A DNA stretch of 54,214 nucleotides. It comes from a virus (lineage: Duplodnaviria; Caudoviricetes). Shown here one piece after another: positions 9,661 through 20,816 of this stretch. The stretch covers positions 1 through 54,214 of the IMG/VR virus record IMGVR_UViG_3300047554_000765. One strand, given 5' to 3'. The stretch's first letter is position 1. Every line of letters starts with the position of its first letter. The notes below the pieces were generated by a model, which worked only from the letters and a program-made list of their open reading frames with translations, did not search any database and was not told the origin of the DNA. A program made the position numbers and the translations under genes.

Positions 9661-10735
9661 CTGCCATCTTGTAGTATTCTAGGTTGTTTTTAAGTCGTTC
9701 ATTATTTGGCTCGTGGGATACTGCAACTTTTCCATAAATCAAAGCCTCTTCGTACATACCTAAGTTGTACGCTGCTATAGCAGCCAAGTCATTTGGCAAT
9801 GCTCCCCAAGCAAAGTCCTCGCAAAGATAATCTAATGGCTTCTCTTTGATCCTAAGAGCATCCAGCGAAACCTCGTAGCAATCGGCCCAGTTCTTTTCTT
9901 CGTACAAAAATTGCGCATACTCTACTAGTGATTCCCTACGCCCCGGGGCTTCATCTATAGCTGAGACTAACCATGTAGAGCGATTGTCTGGCTCACACTT
10001 AGCAAGGTAGCGCATTGACGCCGCTCGCTCTGGCCTCCAAGTTGCGCTAGGAATTGATAGGTGCCTTTTAAATTCTTTAGCAGCTTCTTCATAATGAGCA
10101 TAGAAGAAAAGCTCTCTGGCGTAGTAGAAGGCGCTTCTATCGTCATTTGGTGTCTCTTTTACGGCAAGTTTTAGCAGCGGAAGATACTGACCTCGGCTCT
10201 TGCTCGGGTCAGCCCTGTGGTGCAGAATTACCTCTGGGATAGTTACTCGACTCTCTGGTCGATCCATTTCCCAGTAAAGAGTCTCGTGGCAAGGTTGACG
10301 CCAGCGGTACCCAAAACGTCCGTGAATTTTGTCAGCATAGAACTGAATGCCTGGAGTTACCCCATCTTCTTTCCAGTTCCAGATGTAGTCATAGGCGATG
10401 CGATCAATGTTTCCGTTGGTTTCTTGCCAAGCCTTATCTATTGCATCTGCCCAGCCTGGTTGTAGATACTCGTCTAAGTCGATTGATAGGCAGATATCAA
10501 TGTCCGCTGGAATGAGACTTAAGGCTGTATTTCTAGGAACATCAAAACGCCACGGCTTCTGAGTAATCTCATAAACGACTGCCCCGCGCTCTCGTAGACG
10601 TTCTACGGTGCCGTCTGTTGATCCGGTGTCGCAGACTAGAACAAGATCTGCTCCCTCGTTTGCATCCATGAATTTGTCTACATGCTTGATCTCATTTAGA
10701 GCAATTGCATATACACAGGTTCTTACCTTACGCAT
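9644..10735 (-). CDS. GT2 glycosyltransferase with TPR-like C-terminus
   Basis: VYAIALNE, DTGSTDGT, WRFD..RN, DLDE, HETL, helical C-terminal repeats. Confidence 0.85.
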   Translation of the reverse strand: MRKVRTCVYAIALNEIKHVDKFMDANEGADLVLVCDTGSTDGTVERLRERGAVVYEITQKPWRFDVPRNTALSLIPADIDICLSIDLDEYLQPGWADAIDKAWQETNGNIDRIAYDYIWNWKEDGVTPGIQFYADKIHGRFGYRWRQPCHETLYWEMDRPESRVTIPEVILHHRADPSKSRGQYLPLLKLAVKETPNDDRSAFYYARELFFYAHYEEAAKEFKRHLSIPSATWRPERAASMRYLAKCEPDNRSTWLVSAIDEAPGRRESLVEYAQFLYEEKNWADCYEVSLDALRIKEKPLDYLCEDFAWGALPNDLAAIAAYNLGMYEEALIYGKVAVSHEPNNERLKNNLEYYKMAAKTSS

Positions 10736-11774
10736 TTGATCCTTCGTACCACTTCATGTTTTCAATAAGTCTCGGGTTGTCTGGGTCTAATTCTAGTGCG
10801 AGTGCGCCGTGCTTAAGAGCCAACTCCATATCTCCGCAGTAGTATGCAGAAATTGCAACAATATCATGCGGGCCACTTCCCCATGCTTCTGCAGAGTAAG
10901 TAAATCCGTCTCGGCGTTCAGTAACTTCTAAACACTCTAAGGCAGCTTTAAGAGCGGTCTGGTGCTCCCCAGTCAAGGAGTATAGCTTAGAGATTTCATA
11001 CAAAGTTTCGCGTTCTTTGCTTTGCTTGTAGGCTAGACCAAGCCATGACTTAGCTGACTCTAGATCGCCTTGCATTTTGTAGTTCAGGGCAACGTTCTTT
11101 GCAATATATGACTTCACAACTGGGCCATCTAAACACTTGGCATAGCTCTCGGAGCGCCAATCAATGGCCTCATCTAGATTTCCAATAGCTTGGTAGTCGT
11201 TAGCTAGAAAATATCTTGTACGCCAATCCTCGTCCCCCTCGTTGATCTTCTTGTGCAGGAGATTTAAATAGCTGCGTCTACTCTTTGCGGTGTCTTGCCA
11301 CTCGTCCAATAGGATGTGCTCACTCCAGAGGGCCTTCTCTGGGATTGACCAAGACAGTGTCTCGTGTACTGCTCCCACCCACTTGCAGTTGTGACGAGCA
11401 TGTATCTTAGAATGCCACTGCAATGACCCACCGTTATGTCGGTATCTGTGATTCAAAATCGTGGCATCTGATTCCCACGACTGCTCTAGTAACATTCGCC
11501 ACCCTGGAACAAGAACTTCATCAATGTCAAGCGACACTGCTACATCTATATCTGGCGGTAGAAGGTTTAGAGCCGCGTTTTTAGCGTCATCAAAGCGCCA
11601 CGGATCAATTTTAATCTTATAGACGTGGACACCTAATGATTCAGCTAGTTCAGTGGTGGTGTCAGTTGATCCAGTATCAGCCAATAAAATATAGTCGGCT
11701 TCTTTAGCGGACTCTACCCAGCGGGGGATGAACTGCTCTTCATTTAGAGCTATAGCGTATACCGCTACTTTCAT
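10728..11774 (-). CDS. GT2 glycosyltransferase with TPR-like C-terminus (paralog of the neighbour)
   Basis: VYAIALNE, DTGSTD, WRFD..KN, DIDE, VHETL. Confidence 0.85.
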   Translation of the reverse strand: MKVAVYAIALNEEQFIPRWVESAKEADYILLADTGSTDTTTELAESLGVHVYKIKIDPWRFDDAKNAALNLLPPDIDVAVSLDIDEVLVPGWRMLLEQSWESDATILNHRYRHNGGSLQWHSKIHARHNCKWVGAVHETLSWSIPEKALWSEHILLDEWQDTAKSRRSYLNLLHKKINEGDEDWRTRYFLANDYQAIGNLDEAIDWRSESYAKCLDGPVVKSYIAKNVALNYKMQGDLESAKSWLGLAYKQSKERETLYEISKLYSLTGEHQTALKAALECLEVTERRDGFTYSAEAWGSGPHDIVAISAYYCGDMELALKHGALALELDPDNPRLIENMKWYEGSNA

Positions 11775-11776
11775 AT

Positions 11777-12982
11777 CTACTCCACTGTAATAACGCTGAT
11801 AAATTCTCGAGGATTGAAGTCCCCTCCCAAAACCATAGTAAGTAGGCCAGCGTTAGAAGTTGCACCAGCACGGTCGCGGTACCACTCTGATCCCGGGTCT
11901 GTGGTTGGACACTGACACCACAAGCGGTGTCCGATATCCATTGTGCGGAAGTTGTGGTAGTGGCCAGAGATCCATACATCACAAAGGCCAAGGGCTGTTT
12001 GCCCCAGAGACTGTTGCTGTAAATACTTCTCTGGATTGTTTGCACTCATCTGGTGGCCGTGGAAAAGTCCGAGCATCGTGCCATTGATATCCACAGCGAG
12101 AGTCTGGTGTCCCGACGCAGGGAAGCGGAATTCAACATGCGACAGAGCTTGGTTTTCTGCACACGCATCCTGAACAGCAGATGCAATTTCCACATTCCAT
12201 CCGTCTGCAGGATCTGCAGCGACTTGGCGAGTTACCTCGTCGTGATTTCCGTTTACTACGGGGACAACCATGCGCTCCGCCATTGGAGCAAAAGATTTAA
12301 TCTGAGACATGAGAAGACGTCGAGCAACGCGTACCTGTTCGGTCAGTCCTAAGTCTGATGCAGCTTGACCTTGTAGGCGTCCACCCTGAGAAACAATTCC
12401 CTCTACGTGGTCGCCTGGTAGTGCCAAGACAATAGTTCCTAGATCTAAACCAATCTTCTTATATGCTTCGAATTTGCTAACTGCTTTTTGTGTTCCAGCA
12501 AGAATTCGATCAATAGATTGTTGAGTTCCGTTACCCTGAGCTTTCTTACCAATCTGCTGATCGCTAGGTGCCACTAAATATGCACCTTTACCAGTGTGCT
12601 GTTTTATGCCTCGCTCTGGACGCCACTTTTTAATTTCGTCAATAAGCTTTTCTGCGTCTAAAGCATTTTCTCGATCTGCCCAAGCATTGTTTGGAGTCAG
12701 ATTTACTCGTACTGACTCGAGAAATTCTCCGTCATATTTTTGCCACTTCCCGCGGCGCATGGACGACACTGTCCAATCTTCGGGATCAAGTCCGAACTCT
12801 TGGAGGATTGCATTTGCATCTGGAATCTCCGATGACGGGCGTGGTTTCGAAATTACAAAACCACCCCTTGAGGAATCAACGTCCATTCTTGGACGCCAAT
12901 CTTCTGGAATATTTAAAGATTTAATGTCAGATCCGGTTGTTCCGGGTGAAGCTAGTTTCTCTAAGCGTTCGCTTAGGCTCAT
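11777..12982 (-). CDS. Calcineurin-like metallophosphoesterase
   Basis: SDQQIG, GDHVE, GNHDE, HGH, GHYH motifs. Confidence 0.8.
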   Translation of the reverse strand: MSLSERLEKLASPGTTGSDIKSLNIPEDWRPRMDVDSSRGGFVISKPRPSSEIPDANAILQEFGLDPEDWTVSSMRRGKWQKYDGEFLESVRVNLTPNNAWADRENALDAEKLIDEIKKWRPERGIKQHTGKGAYLVAPSDQQIGKKAQGNGTQQSIDRILAGTQKAVSKFEAYKKIGLDLGTIVLALPGDHVEGIVSQGGRLQGQAASDLGLTEQVRVARRLLMSQIKSFAPMAERMVVPVVNGNHDEVTRQVAADPADGWNVEIASAVQDACAENQALSHVEFRFPASGHQTLAVDINGTMLGLFHGHQMSANNPEKYLQQQSLGQTALGLCDVWISGHYHNFRTMDIGHRLWCQCPTTDPGSEWYRDRAGATSNAGLLTMVLGGDFNPREFISVITVE

Positions 12983-13242
12983 TTCTGAACCTTCCTATAG
13001 CATGTACAAATCTTTCCCCTATGACGATCAAAGGAGCTCTTTGATACATCATACCCCTCTTCACGCATAAGTTGGGATAAAGTTACATTAGACACGCTAG
13101 CGGGGTCATCATAAGACACTGCCATCACTTCGTTCAAAAGCTGTACGTCTTTAGAGGGCAGTTTAGAAAGTATCCGCCCCACTTTGCATTTTAAATTTGA
13201 AGACTCTGACTGCGCTTCAGAAAGCTTTTTGGATAGGGACAC
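12979..13242 (-). CDS. Small putative DNA-binding protein
   Basis: 87 aa, C...helical region...HR..ICTC; overlaps the phosphoesterase start. Confidence 0.6.
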   Translation of the reverse strand: MSLSKKLSEAQSESSNLKCKVGRILSKLPSKDVQLLNEVMAVSYDDPASVSNVTLSQLMREEGYDVSKSSFDRHRGKICTCYRKVQK

Positions 13243-13308
13243 ATGTGCTCCTTCATTTTGTCTATTTCGTCATTTTATAGCTTATCAACATTCAAGTCAA
13301 TATTTAAA

Positions 13309-13668
13309 CTATTCTGGTTTTTTTCGAGGCTTTCTTCGCACTGGAAGAGGCTCTTCAGTCATTTTGAGACCGCCTAGATCTAGGCCATTTTTAGCTAAAA
13401 TTATGTCCTTTATAAGCTCTGTCTCTGCTGACATCTTCACAACATGGGTCTCGATGCTGTTGACTCGATCCGCCAAAGAGCTGCCACCATTTTCCCAGAG
13501 TTGGTGTTCCACACGGTCTAGTCGGTCAGAAATGGTCCTACCTTGGCTGTCAGCGCCCAACACTTGGCTCAGGCGGTGCACGATTCTAAAGGTAGCATAT
13601 ACGCCACCGAAGATAACGCCAAGGGCAGTTATTACAGCGGCAATGGTTAAAATAATCTCGACAGTCAT
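13309..13668 (-). CDS. Membrane protein with coiled-coil (holin/membrane-associated candidate)
   Basis: N-terminal hydrophobic helix IILTIAAVITALGVIFGGVY, ENGGSSLAD motif, basic tail. Confidence 0.6.
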   Translation of the reverse strand: MTVEIILTIAAVITALGVIFGGVYATFRIVHRLSQVLGADSQGRTISDRLDRVEHQLWENGGSSLADRVNSIETHVVKMSAETELIKDIILAKNGLDLGGLKMTEEPLPVRRKPRKKPE

Positions 13669-13897
13669 GACCTATAATAGAAATCTACTCGGTGAACCAA
13701 TTAGGTTTGTTTCATCTATTTTACCCTAATAGGGTCTTCCTTATTTGGCTGGGCGTTAGATCGCCCCCCTGAATAAGTCTGCTGGCAATCTGCCATTTTA
13801 ATTTTTCAGTTTGCATTTGCCGTCTTTGGCTGTATGCTGATGTTAGTATTTTCGGAGAGTTTATGTATTTCTTTAGTGACGGCAAGGCGGTAGCGTA

Positions 13898-16537
13898 ATG
13901 AGCGCATGGGAGACAGCGGGCAATGGAAAACTTGCTCGAGGAGCCGCTTGGTTTGCAAATCAAGGCTGGGTATTGCTACCAGTCCACGGAATCACTGATG
14001 GTCGATGCACTTGCGGTAAGCCTCACGGTGACGCAAAGGATATCGGTAAGCACCCTGCACTAAATAATTGGAACACAGAAGCGTCTAATGATCCTGCTGT
14101 AGTAGCTAAGTGGTACGAAGAAAATCCTGACTACAATATCGGCGTTTTCTGTAAGCCATCTGGATTCTTTGCAATCGATATTGATCCACGTTCTGGTGGT
14201 GATGATTCGTTTGAGATCCTCGAAGCTCGCGCTGAAGGCGCTCTTCCTCCAACCGTAGAAGCACAGACTGGAAACTATACGGTTCGTGGAAAAGTTGTAC
14301 GTGGTCGTCACTTGATTTATAAGTGTGACCCTAATGAGAAGTTCTTAGGCAACTTAGAAAAATCTGGCCTAAAGGGAATTGATATCAAACACAATGGGTA
14401 TATCCTCATTGCCCCCTCTCGACACTTCTCGGGCACTACATATGATTGGAAGCCTGGCCACGCTCCGTGGGATTTCCCGGAGGGGCCTACTGAAGCTCCT
14501 GAAGAACTACTTGCTGTTCTACGTGCACGTACGCCTCGTCAGGGTTCTGGCAGCTCTTACAAAGAGGGTTCGTGGGATTGGCTGGATGATCTTGAATTCA
14601 GTGGCGAAAAAGTCGACATTGAAAAAATTCTTAGTGAAGGTATTGATGAAGGCCATCGTGCAACAGAGGTTTATCGCCTAGCCTGTGCTTTGGCAAACAA
14701 GTTTGGAACTAGCCCCGAATCTCGATTGATGATCGAATCAATGCTAATTCGATTTAACCATGAGATGATCCGTCCGCCTATGGAGTTGGAGGGTTCAAAC
14801 TCTCTATTGATGCACACTCACCGCGCTATTGATTTCGTTGCCAATAGTCCTAAGCTTGACCGCAAGTGGGAGGGATTAACTGAATGGGCACGTAATGGTG
14901 GCAATGAGTGGGCCAAAAAGTCTCAGGAAGAAACATCCCAAGCGTTGGTGCAATCTGGGTCAGATAGTTCAGCTACTCCAGTAGCTAGCATGCCTCCTAA
15001 GTTTGTTGGAGATATCGTTACTGATCTTATTGAGAGTGGTGTTTCCGTAGCAGACGCTACCAATAAGGGAAATACTCCGCTACCTAAAGACGTTGACGCG
15101 ATTAGCGCCGAAGACGGTGGACGTCCAGGTTATCGAACTCTTACCGATGTTGGTAATAGCCGTAGGCTAATTGACACCTACGGGTCTGCGATTCGCTACA
15201 CTCCGGGCCTAGGTTGGTTTTACTGGGAGGGTCAGTACTGGTGCCCTGATAACGAGCAACTTCATCTAAAAGAACTAGCCAAGCGTATCTCTACTGTTAT
15301 TGCCAGCGAGGTAATTAACTACGATGAAGATGACCCTAAGCGTTCAGAGCTGGTTAACCACGCTAAGCAAGCAAAGTCGGCCGCAAAGATCTCAACTATG
15401 ACAACACTGGCAGACTCTGATGAACGAGTCGCTGTTGCCGTAGAGCAGTGGGACAACGCGCCTCACCTGCTGGGTGTTGTAAACGGTGTAGTTGATCTCC
15501 GCACTGGAGAACTTCTACGTGGTCGTCCAGACCTTCACATTACAAAGCGTGCTCCGGTTTCCTACAACCCGGGCTTACGAAACGTACGTTGGGAGCAGTT
15601 CATTGACTACGCAACTGGCGGAGACAAGGAACTTCAGGAATGGATCCAAAAGGCTGCTGGATATACGCTGACTGGTCTTAGCAATCAAGATGTTTTGTTC
15701 TTGGTTTATGGTCCTCCCGGTTCTGGTAAAAACACTTTCGTTGAAACCATCGTAAATGCACTAGGTGCCGAGCAGTATGCTGGTAAGTTGCCATCTGAAA
15801 TTATGGCTTCTGGTCAAGCACAGAACTCTTCTAACCAGTACTACATGGCAGAGCTTCGTGGTAAGCGTATGATCTGGATTGACGAGTTGCCAGAGTCAGA
15901 GCGTCTAAATGAAAACCAGATTAAGCAGCTTACTGGTTCGTCAACAATTCAGGGTCGCTCGCCTGGTGAAAAGCCGTTTACATTTAAGGCTCAGGGTAAG
16001 ATGTGGATTACTACTAACCACCGCCCTATTATTACGGACGATGCTATGTGGCGTCGTTTGCGTCCAATTCCATGGTCAAACATCCCTGAGACCTCGGATC
16101 CAGATCTAAAAGCATATTTGTCTGATCCAGAAGGCGGACTCCCCGCTGTCCTTTCTTGGGCAGTCGAGGGTGCAATTAAGTACCTAAATTCATCGGCTCG
16201 TGATCCACTTGGAATGTGTGGTGCAGTGCGTGATGCCTCTGATATCTATCGTAAGAATGAAGATCGAATCGGTATCTTCCTTGACGAAGAAACTAAGGAA
16301 TCGGTAGGTGCGTCTACTCAGATCAAGAGTCTCTACTCGGTTTACCGTGTTTGGAGTGATGAACGTGGTGAACGTCCTATGTCTCAGATTGCGTTCCAGC
16401 GTAAGCTGTCTGATCGTGGTCTAGCAGTGAACGGTCAAGGAGCAAAGGCTACCCTAGAAAACCGTGCTCTAAACCCACGCGTAGTCCCTAGTGACAATGT
16501 AGACTGGGGTATGGCAACACGATTGGCTCAGATCTAA
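13898..16537 (+). CDS. Bifunctional primase-polymerase fused to a D5/SF3 helicase
   Basis: CTCG..H...GKHP, NIG, IDIDPR, GRH (Prim-Pol); GVVDLRTG, GPPGSGKNT, DE, TTNH, D.AMWRR (P4/D5 helicase). Confidence 0.92.
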   Translation: MSAWETAGNGKLARGAAWFANQGWVLLPVHGITDGRCTCGKPHGDAKDIGKHPALNNWNTEASNDPAVVAKWYEENPDYNIGVFCKPSGFFAIDIDPRSGGDDSFEILEARAEGALPPTVEAQTGNYTVRGKVVRGRHLIYKCDPNEKFLGNLEKSGLKGIDIKHNGYILIAPSRHFSGTTYDWKPGHAPWDFPEGPTEAPEELLAVLRARTPRQGSGSSYKEGSWDWLDDLEFSGEKVDIEKILSEGIDEGHRATEVYRLACALANKFGTSPESRLMIESMLIRFNHEMIRPPMELEGSNSLLMHTHRAIDFVANSPKLDRKWEGLTEWARNGGNEWAKKSQEETSQALVQSGSDSSATPVASMPPKFVGDIVTDLIESGVSVADATNKGNTPLPKDVDAISAEDGGRPGYRTLTDVGNSRRLIDTYGSAIRYTPGLGWFYWEGQYWCPDNEQLHLKELAKRISTVIASEVINYDEDDPKRSELVNHAKQAKSAAKISTMTTLADSDERVAVAVEQWDNAPHLLGVVNGVVDLRTGELLRGRPDLHITKRAPVSYNPGLRNVRWEQFIDYATGGDKELQEWIQKAAGYTLTGLSNQDVLFLVYGPPGSGKNTFVETIVNALGAEQYAGKLPSEIMASGQAQNSSNQYYMAELRGKRMIWIDELPESERLNENQIKQLTGSSTIQGRSPGEKPFTFKAQGKMWITTNHRPIITDDAMWRRLRPIPWSNIPETSDPDLKAYLSDPEGGLPAVLSWAVEGAIKYLNSSARDPLGMCGAVRDASDIYRKNEDRIGIFLDEETKESVGASTQIKSLYSVYRVWSDERGERPMSQIAFQRKLSDRGLAVNGQGAKATLENRALNPRVVPSDNVDWGMATRLAQI

Positions 16538-16544
16538 GGACAAA

Positions 16545-17300
16545 ATGAAACTCTTTATCGGTACTCCGATGTATGGCGGAAACTGTAAAACAGCTTACGT
16601 TCAAAGTCTTCTTGATTTAATTTTGAAGTTAAAAGAGATAGATGGCTACGAGGTCGAGTGGAATTTTATTTACAACGAAAGTTTAATTACTCGAGCTAGA
16701 AATACTATTGTTGACAACTTTTTAAACTCTGACGCTGATGCTCTTCTATTTATTGATAGTGATCATGGGTTTTCTCATATTGATATCATCAAAATGATCA
16801 ATTCTGGTAAAGACTTAATTGGTGCGGTGTATCCTATGAAATCTTTGAATTGGGATAGAGCTATAGAAGCTGCAAATCTTGGTTACTCTGATATTGAACA
16901 CTACAGTGGGCATTTTGCAACTAACTTACTGCCAGGAACCGTGGACTTTAATATCCTAGAGCCACTAGAAGTAGCTGCAGTTGGCACCGGAATGATGTTT
17001 ATTACTAGAAAAGTCTTTGAAGAGATGGCTCCTCATTGCCAAACGTATGCAAGGCATTCTCAGGGGAGCGGTTTAATATCTTTTACTGATGAGCCCTACA
17101 CTGAATTTTTCAAAACAAGTATTGATGAGCGCGGAGTTCTCTTATCCGAAGACTATGAATTCTGTCGTATGTGGCGATCCCTAGGAAACGCTGTTTATGC
17201 AGCTCCATGGGTTACTATTACCCATGCCGGGGAATACGTATTCACTGGAAGCTTTGCTAGAACTTTGATGTATCTAAGCGATAAAGAAAAAAAGCATTAA
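16545..17300 (+). CDS. GT-A fold glycosyltransferase-like protein
   Basis: IGTPMYGG, ESLITRARN, LFIDSD, GTGMMFI, LSEDYEFC. Confidence 0.7.
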   Translation: MKLFIGTPMYGGNCKTAYVQSLLDLILKLKEIDGYEVEWNFIYNESLITRARNTIVDNFLNSDADALLFIDSDHGFSHIDIIKMINSGKDLIGAVYPMKSLNWDRAIEAANLGYSDIEHYSGHFATNLLPGTVDFNILEPLEVAAVGTGMMFITRKVFEEMAPHCQTYARHSQGSGLISFTDEPYTEFFKTSIDERGVLLSEDYEFCRMWRSLGNAVYAAPWVTITHAGEYVFTGSFARTLMYLSDKEKKH

Positions 17301-17611
17301 TCTATTCTAGAAATAAGATCTTCTAGGGTTACTGGTGGAAGTGGATTATTTTCTCTTGTATCTGGAGTAGTAAAATTGTCTGAAACAAATTGAATTGCCT
17401 GTTCTGCAGTTAAAGGTATAAAATCCCATTGAGATAGATCTACTGCGGTTAAATCAACGTATAGTTTTCCTAAAATCATATGAACAGAATTAAATATCCC
17501 GCTATAGATTGGTTCAGCGGAGCCTCCAGAATCAATGACTACTTGCTCTGGTCCTAAATAATATTTACCATCTTCTGTAGTAAGATTCCAAAGTCCGTAG
17601 CTCTTATTCAA
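17297..17611 (-). CDS. Hypothetical protein (paralog of 20817-21128)
   Basis: Shares YG.WNL, GPE, GKL and W.F motifs with the 103-aa ORF. Confidence 0.7.
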   Translation of the reverse strand: MNKSYGLWNLTTEDGKYYLGPEQVVIDSGGSAEPIYSGIFNSVHMILGKLYVDLTAVDLSQWDFIPLTAEQAIQFVSDNFTTPDTRENNPLPPVTLEDLISRID

Positions 17612-18143
17612 TTTCTTTCCCGCCTAATGTAGGTAGTTCATAATTTTCTAAAAAAGTTTCGAGCTTTCCTATTTGCTTCACTGCGTCTAGCTGAGCCATG
17701 TCAACATAGCCTTGGCCAATTGCTTGCAGTCCAGCTTGTCTAAATAGACGTTTCTCCCAGTATTCGGGCTGAGCGTCTTCGATCTCCTGCCTAGTGTATT
17801 TGTGGCTAAAGGAGTTGTAGATGTCAATTAATATCTCGAGCTCCCGCTGAGCCCCATACATTGACAAAGCTTTTTGTCTTAAAGAAATTTGTAGTTTTTC
17901 AGCTTCGATGTGATCAATCTCGTCACTAGATTCTTTTAGTCGGTCAATAAAAATTGATGTTTTTCTGATTTCTAGTTTTGCCAGCTCCATGGACGTGATC
18001 AGCTCGTTTATTTCTAAGCAAACTTGTAAATACTGCATCTCCACTGTGTCATGTTGCCCTACTACAAATTTTTCTAGTTGAAATCTAGATCTAGACTGTT
18101 GTATTTCAGAGATACTAGAAAGAATTTCGTCTATTGCCGTCAT
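17604..18143 (-). CDS. Coiled-coil protein (paralog of 20276-20809)
   Basis: Shares EIQQ.RS.FQ...FVVGQH.T.EMQY.Q, QRELE.L and KYTR.EIE..Q.EYW..RL. Confidence 0.75.
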   Translation of the reverse strand: MTAIDEILSSISEIQQSRSRFQLEKFVVGQHDTVEMQYLQVCLEINELITSMELAKLEIRKTSIFIDRLKESSDEIDHIEAEKLQISLRQKALSMYGAQRELEILIDIYNSFSHKYTRQEIEDAQPEYWEKRLFRQAGLQAIGQGYVDMAQLDAVKQIGKLETFLENYELPTLGGKEIE

Positions 18144-19078
18144 TAGTTTCCTATCGAAGATGTAAGTGGGCCAACAAAGTCGTCCCTCTGTGGCATAGCG
18201 CCTATGTCAGATATGGTGTCGTTTACAAAGCTTATTTTTTTAATTGTGTCATAGTTCATAGAACCAACTATATATCCTGCAACGGCATAGTTAGAAAATT
18301 GGTTTGGATATGAACCATTAAAATATAAATTTGATGTTGTTGTACTTATTGTATCTGTACTAAAAGGCCACTTCCAATAATTTCCTATGCCTTGCATTGA
18401 CGTAGGTGATGTTTGATAAAATCCTCCAGCAACATACCCTGCTGTACCAGAATTTGAAAAGCCGTTTTGTGCTTCAGTAACTGCTAAAGGGAGATAAAAT
18501 GTACTTCTTGTTTCGTTAGAGTATGGCATTTTATCTATATTTGAGTACGGTGTTGTATATGGGTTTCCGTAGGTCTCTCCACCAGCCGAGTACATAGCTA
18601 CGGCATTATTGTTAATGCTGGCTACATGTGCCCTGGCTTGGCTTAATGTGGTTGACATGGAAGAGGCAGATTCAGAAGTGAAGGAAAATTTATCAATTGA
18701 CGCTAAATACCCCCCATAATATCCACCTGCTGTATATCCTGCAACTCCGTTATTGGAGGCTCTAGATGGACTAGTTCTTCCAAGAGTAGGAAATGTTCCT
18801 GAAAAAGACATTTCGGTATTAGTTTGTAAATTTATTTTGGTGATTGAAGATAAAAAATCTGTAGCATACCCTTGACCAAAGTATCCCATTTGGCTAGTTA
18901 TGTTTGCCAAAGCAGATCTTCCATACCTAGGCTGAGACAAAGTTTGAGGTAAAATTACGATGGTTTCAGTGGCGAAATAAAACTTTTGCATTGTTGTCTG
19001 GTAGGTTCTACCACCGACCATTAAAGATCCATCTCTGGAAATTCTTTTATTTACACTAAACCGAGCCACGCCTAGCAT
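18143..19078 (-). CDS. Kelch-like beta-propeller repeat protein
   Basis: About six ~45-aa repeats with GYxAGG...IDKFxF motifs. Confidence 0.7.
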   Translation of the reverse strand: MLGVARFSVNKRISRDGSLMVGGRTYQTTMQKFYFATETIVILPQTLSQPRYGRSALANITSQMGYFGQGYATDFLSSITKINLQTNTEMSFSGTFPTLGRTSPSRASNNGVAGYTAGGYYGGYLASIDKFSFTSESASSMSTTLSQARAHVASINNNAVAMYSAGGETYGNPYTTPYSNIDKMPYSNETRSTFYLPLAVTEAQNGFSNSGTAGYVAGGFYQTSPTSMQGIGNYWKWPFSTDTISTTTSNLYFNGSYPNQFSNYAVAGYIVGSMNYDTIKKISFVNDTISDIGAMPQRDDFVGPLTSSIGN

Positions 19079-20190
19079 TATGCAATCGCCAAATCTCCGA
19101 ATACTCGGTATTGTCCTGAAGAAATTCGCACAATAGTTGCAATTGAATAACGCGTTCTAGTTTTTAACACCCCGGCGTCTGTTCCAGCTCCGCTAAGGGT
19201 TACTCCAGAACCAGACAGGGTTATCTGTCCAGTGTTATCTTGCAAAATAGTTATAGATTGACCGTCTGTCAATACATCAGTAACTGTTAGGGTAATTGAA
19301 GAAGTAGAAGTAAATACAAGTAACGCTCCGTTATTTCCAGAGCTTGTGGTGTGCGTGGTTCCGGATATGGTTGTAACTGTGGTCTGAGCCTGAGATGTAT
19401 TGATACTTATGCTGCTTTGATTTATTGCTACAGTCTGGGTGCCAGAATCATATGTCACTGGACTAGTTGCAGTAACCACTCCAGTTGCACCAGTTGGTCC
19501 AGTCGCCCCGCTTGCACCTGTAGGGCCTGTAACACTTGGACCTGTAGCACCTGTGTTTCCTGTAATCCCTGTAGGGCCTGTAGGGCCAACCACGCCCTGA
19601 GAACCAGTTGGTCCTGTTACGCCTTGCGCACCCTGTGCACCTGTTGGGCCGACTGCTCCCTGTTCTCCTTGGGCTCCGGTCGGACCTGTCACTCCTTGGA
19701 TACCCTGGATACCTTGAACACCTTGGGCACCCGTAGGGCCTACTACACCCTGTTCACCTTGAATCCCTGTTGGGCCAGTTGGACCATCAATACCCTGATC
19801 ACCTTGTGGCCCTGTAGGTCCAACTTCTCCCTGCGGTCCTGTAGCGCCAGTATTTCCCTGAATACCCTGTACACCCTGTACACCCTGAGTACCTTGAATA
19901 CCCTGAGGCCCCGTAGGACCGACTTCTCCTTGGTCCCCTTGATTACCTTGGGTACCAGTAGGACCTGTAGGTCCGACAACCCCCTGCTCCCCTTGAGAAC
20001 CAGTAGGTCCGGTGGCACCAATTCCGGTGGGGCCTGTAGCCCCGACCTCTCCCGTGCTTCCAGTAGGGCCAGTAGGGCCGATTATGCCTTCTCTAACTAC
20101 AGTCCAAGTACTGCCGTCCCACACCCAGCGGGTTTCGGCAGCTACAAACTCGTCATTTACTGACGGATTGTCTGGAAAGTTAATGGCCAT
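19078..20190 (-). CDS. Collagen-like fibre protein (370 aa)
   Basis: MAINFP..P N-terminal motif, ~200 aa of G-X-Y (GPTG/GAQG), C-terminal beta domain ending FGDLA. Confidence 0.85.
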   Translation of the reverse strand: MAINFPDNPSVNDEFVAAETRWVWDGSTWTVVREGIIGPTGPTGSTGEVGATGPTGIGATGPTGSQGEQGVVGPTGPTGTQGNQGDQGEVGPTGPQGIQGTQGVQGVQGIQGNTGATGPQGEVGPTGPQGDQGIDGPTGPTGIQGEQGVVGPTGAQGVQGIQGIQGVTGPTGAQGEQGAVGPTGAQGAQGVTGPTGSQGVVGPTGPTGITGNTGATGPSVTGPTGASGATGPTGATGVVTATSPVTYDSGTQTVAINQSSISINTSQAQTTVTTISGTTHTTSSGNNGALLVFTSTSSITLTVTDVLTDGQSITILQDNTGQITLSGSGVTLSGAGTDAGVLKTRTRYSIATIVRISSGQYRVFGDLAIA

Positions 20191-20275
20191 TTTTAATCCT
20201 AAGCTATCTCAAACAACAATTTTACCATACGATCTCTAGTAACTAAAAGCTCTATAAACCAGAAAAATCTTGATA

Positions 20276-20809
20276 TTAACCCTCTAGTTCGTCTGGTTTT
20301 TTTGGAGAAACATTGGATACAAAATCCTCTAAAATACCAATCTGATCCATGGTCCCTAGGTGGGTAGGGTTTACGGATCCTGCCAATGCCTGCATCTCTA
20401 CGTCATGAGTTAGACGAGCTCTCCAATACTCGGCTTGTCCAGCTTCTATTTCAGCGCGAGTATATTTTTTGGGTGCCGACTCCCATAGGCTATATAGGTG
20501 CTCCAGCTCTCGCTGGCTCCCGGCTATGGCGTTTTTAGTCTGCTGCACACTAAGCTCTAGTTTAAGCGCCTCTAATAGTGATATATCGTCGCCAATTTTT
20601 CGTAAATCTTTGATTTTTAGTTCTTGTATTTGAACGTCTATTAGTGCAGTTTTGTGTTTATACAACATATCATTAAGCTCTAAAAGCAACTGATAGTACT
20701 GCATTTCTGGGGTGTGGTGTTGTCCGACAACAAAATAATTTATTTGAAAATTTGAACGTGCTTGCTGTATTTCAGTAATTGCTTCATCAAGGTTTTTGTC
20801 GTTTATCAT
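20276..20809 (-). CDS. Coiled-coil protein (paralog of 17604-18143)
   Basis: Same conserved blocks as the 179-aa ORF. Confidence 0.75.
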   Translation of the reverse strand: MINDKNLDEAITEIQQARSNFQINYFVVGQHHTPEMQYYQLLLELNDMLYKHKTALIDVQIQELKIKDLRKIGDDISLLEALKLELSVQQTKNAIAGSQRELEHLYSLWESAPKKYTRAEIEAGQAEYWRARLTHDVEMQALAGSVNPTHLGTMDQIGILEDFVSNVSPKKPDELEG

Positions 20810-20816
20810 TGTTCTC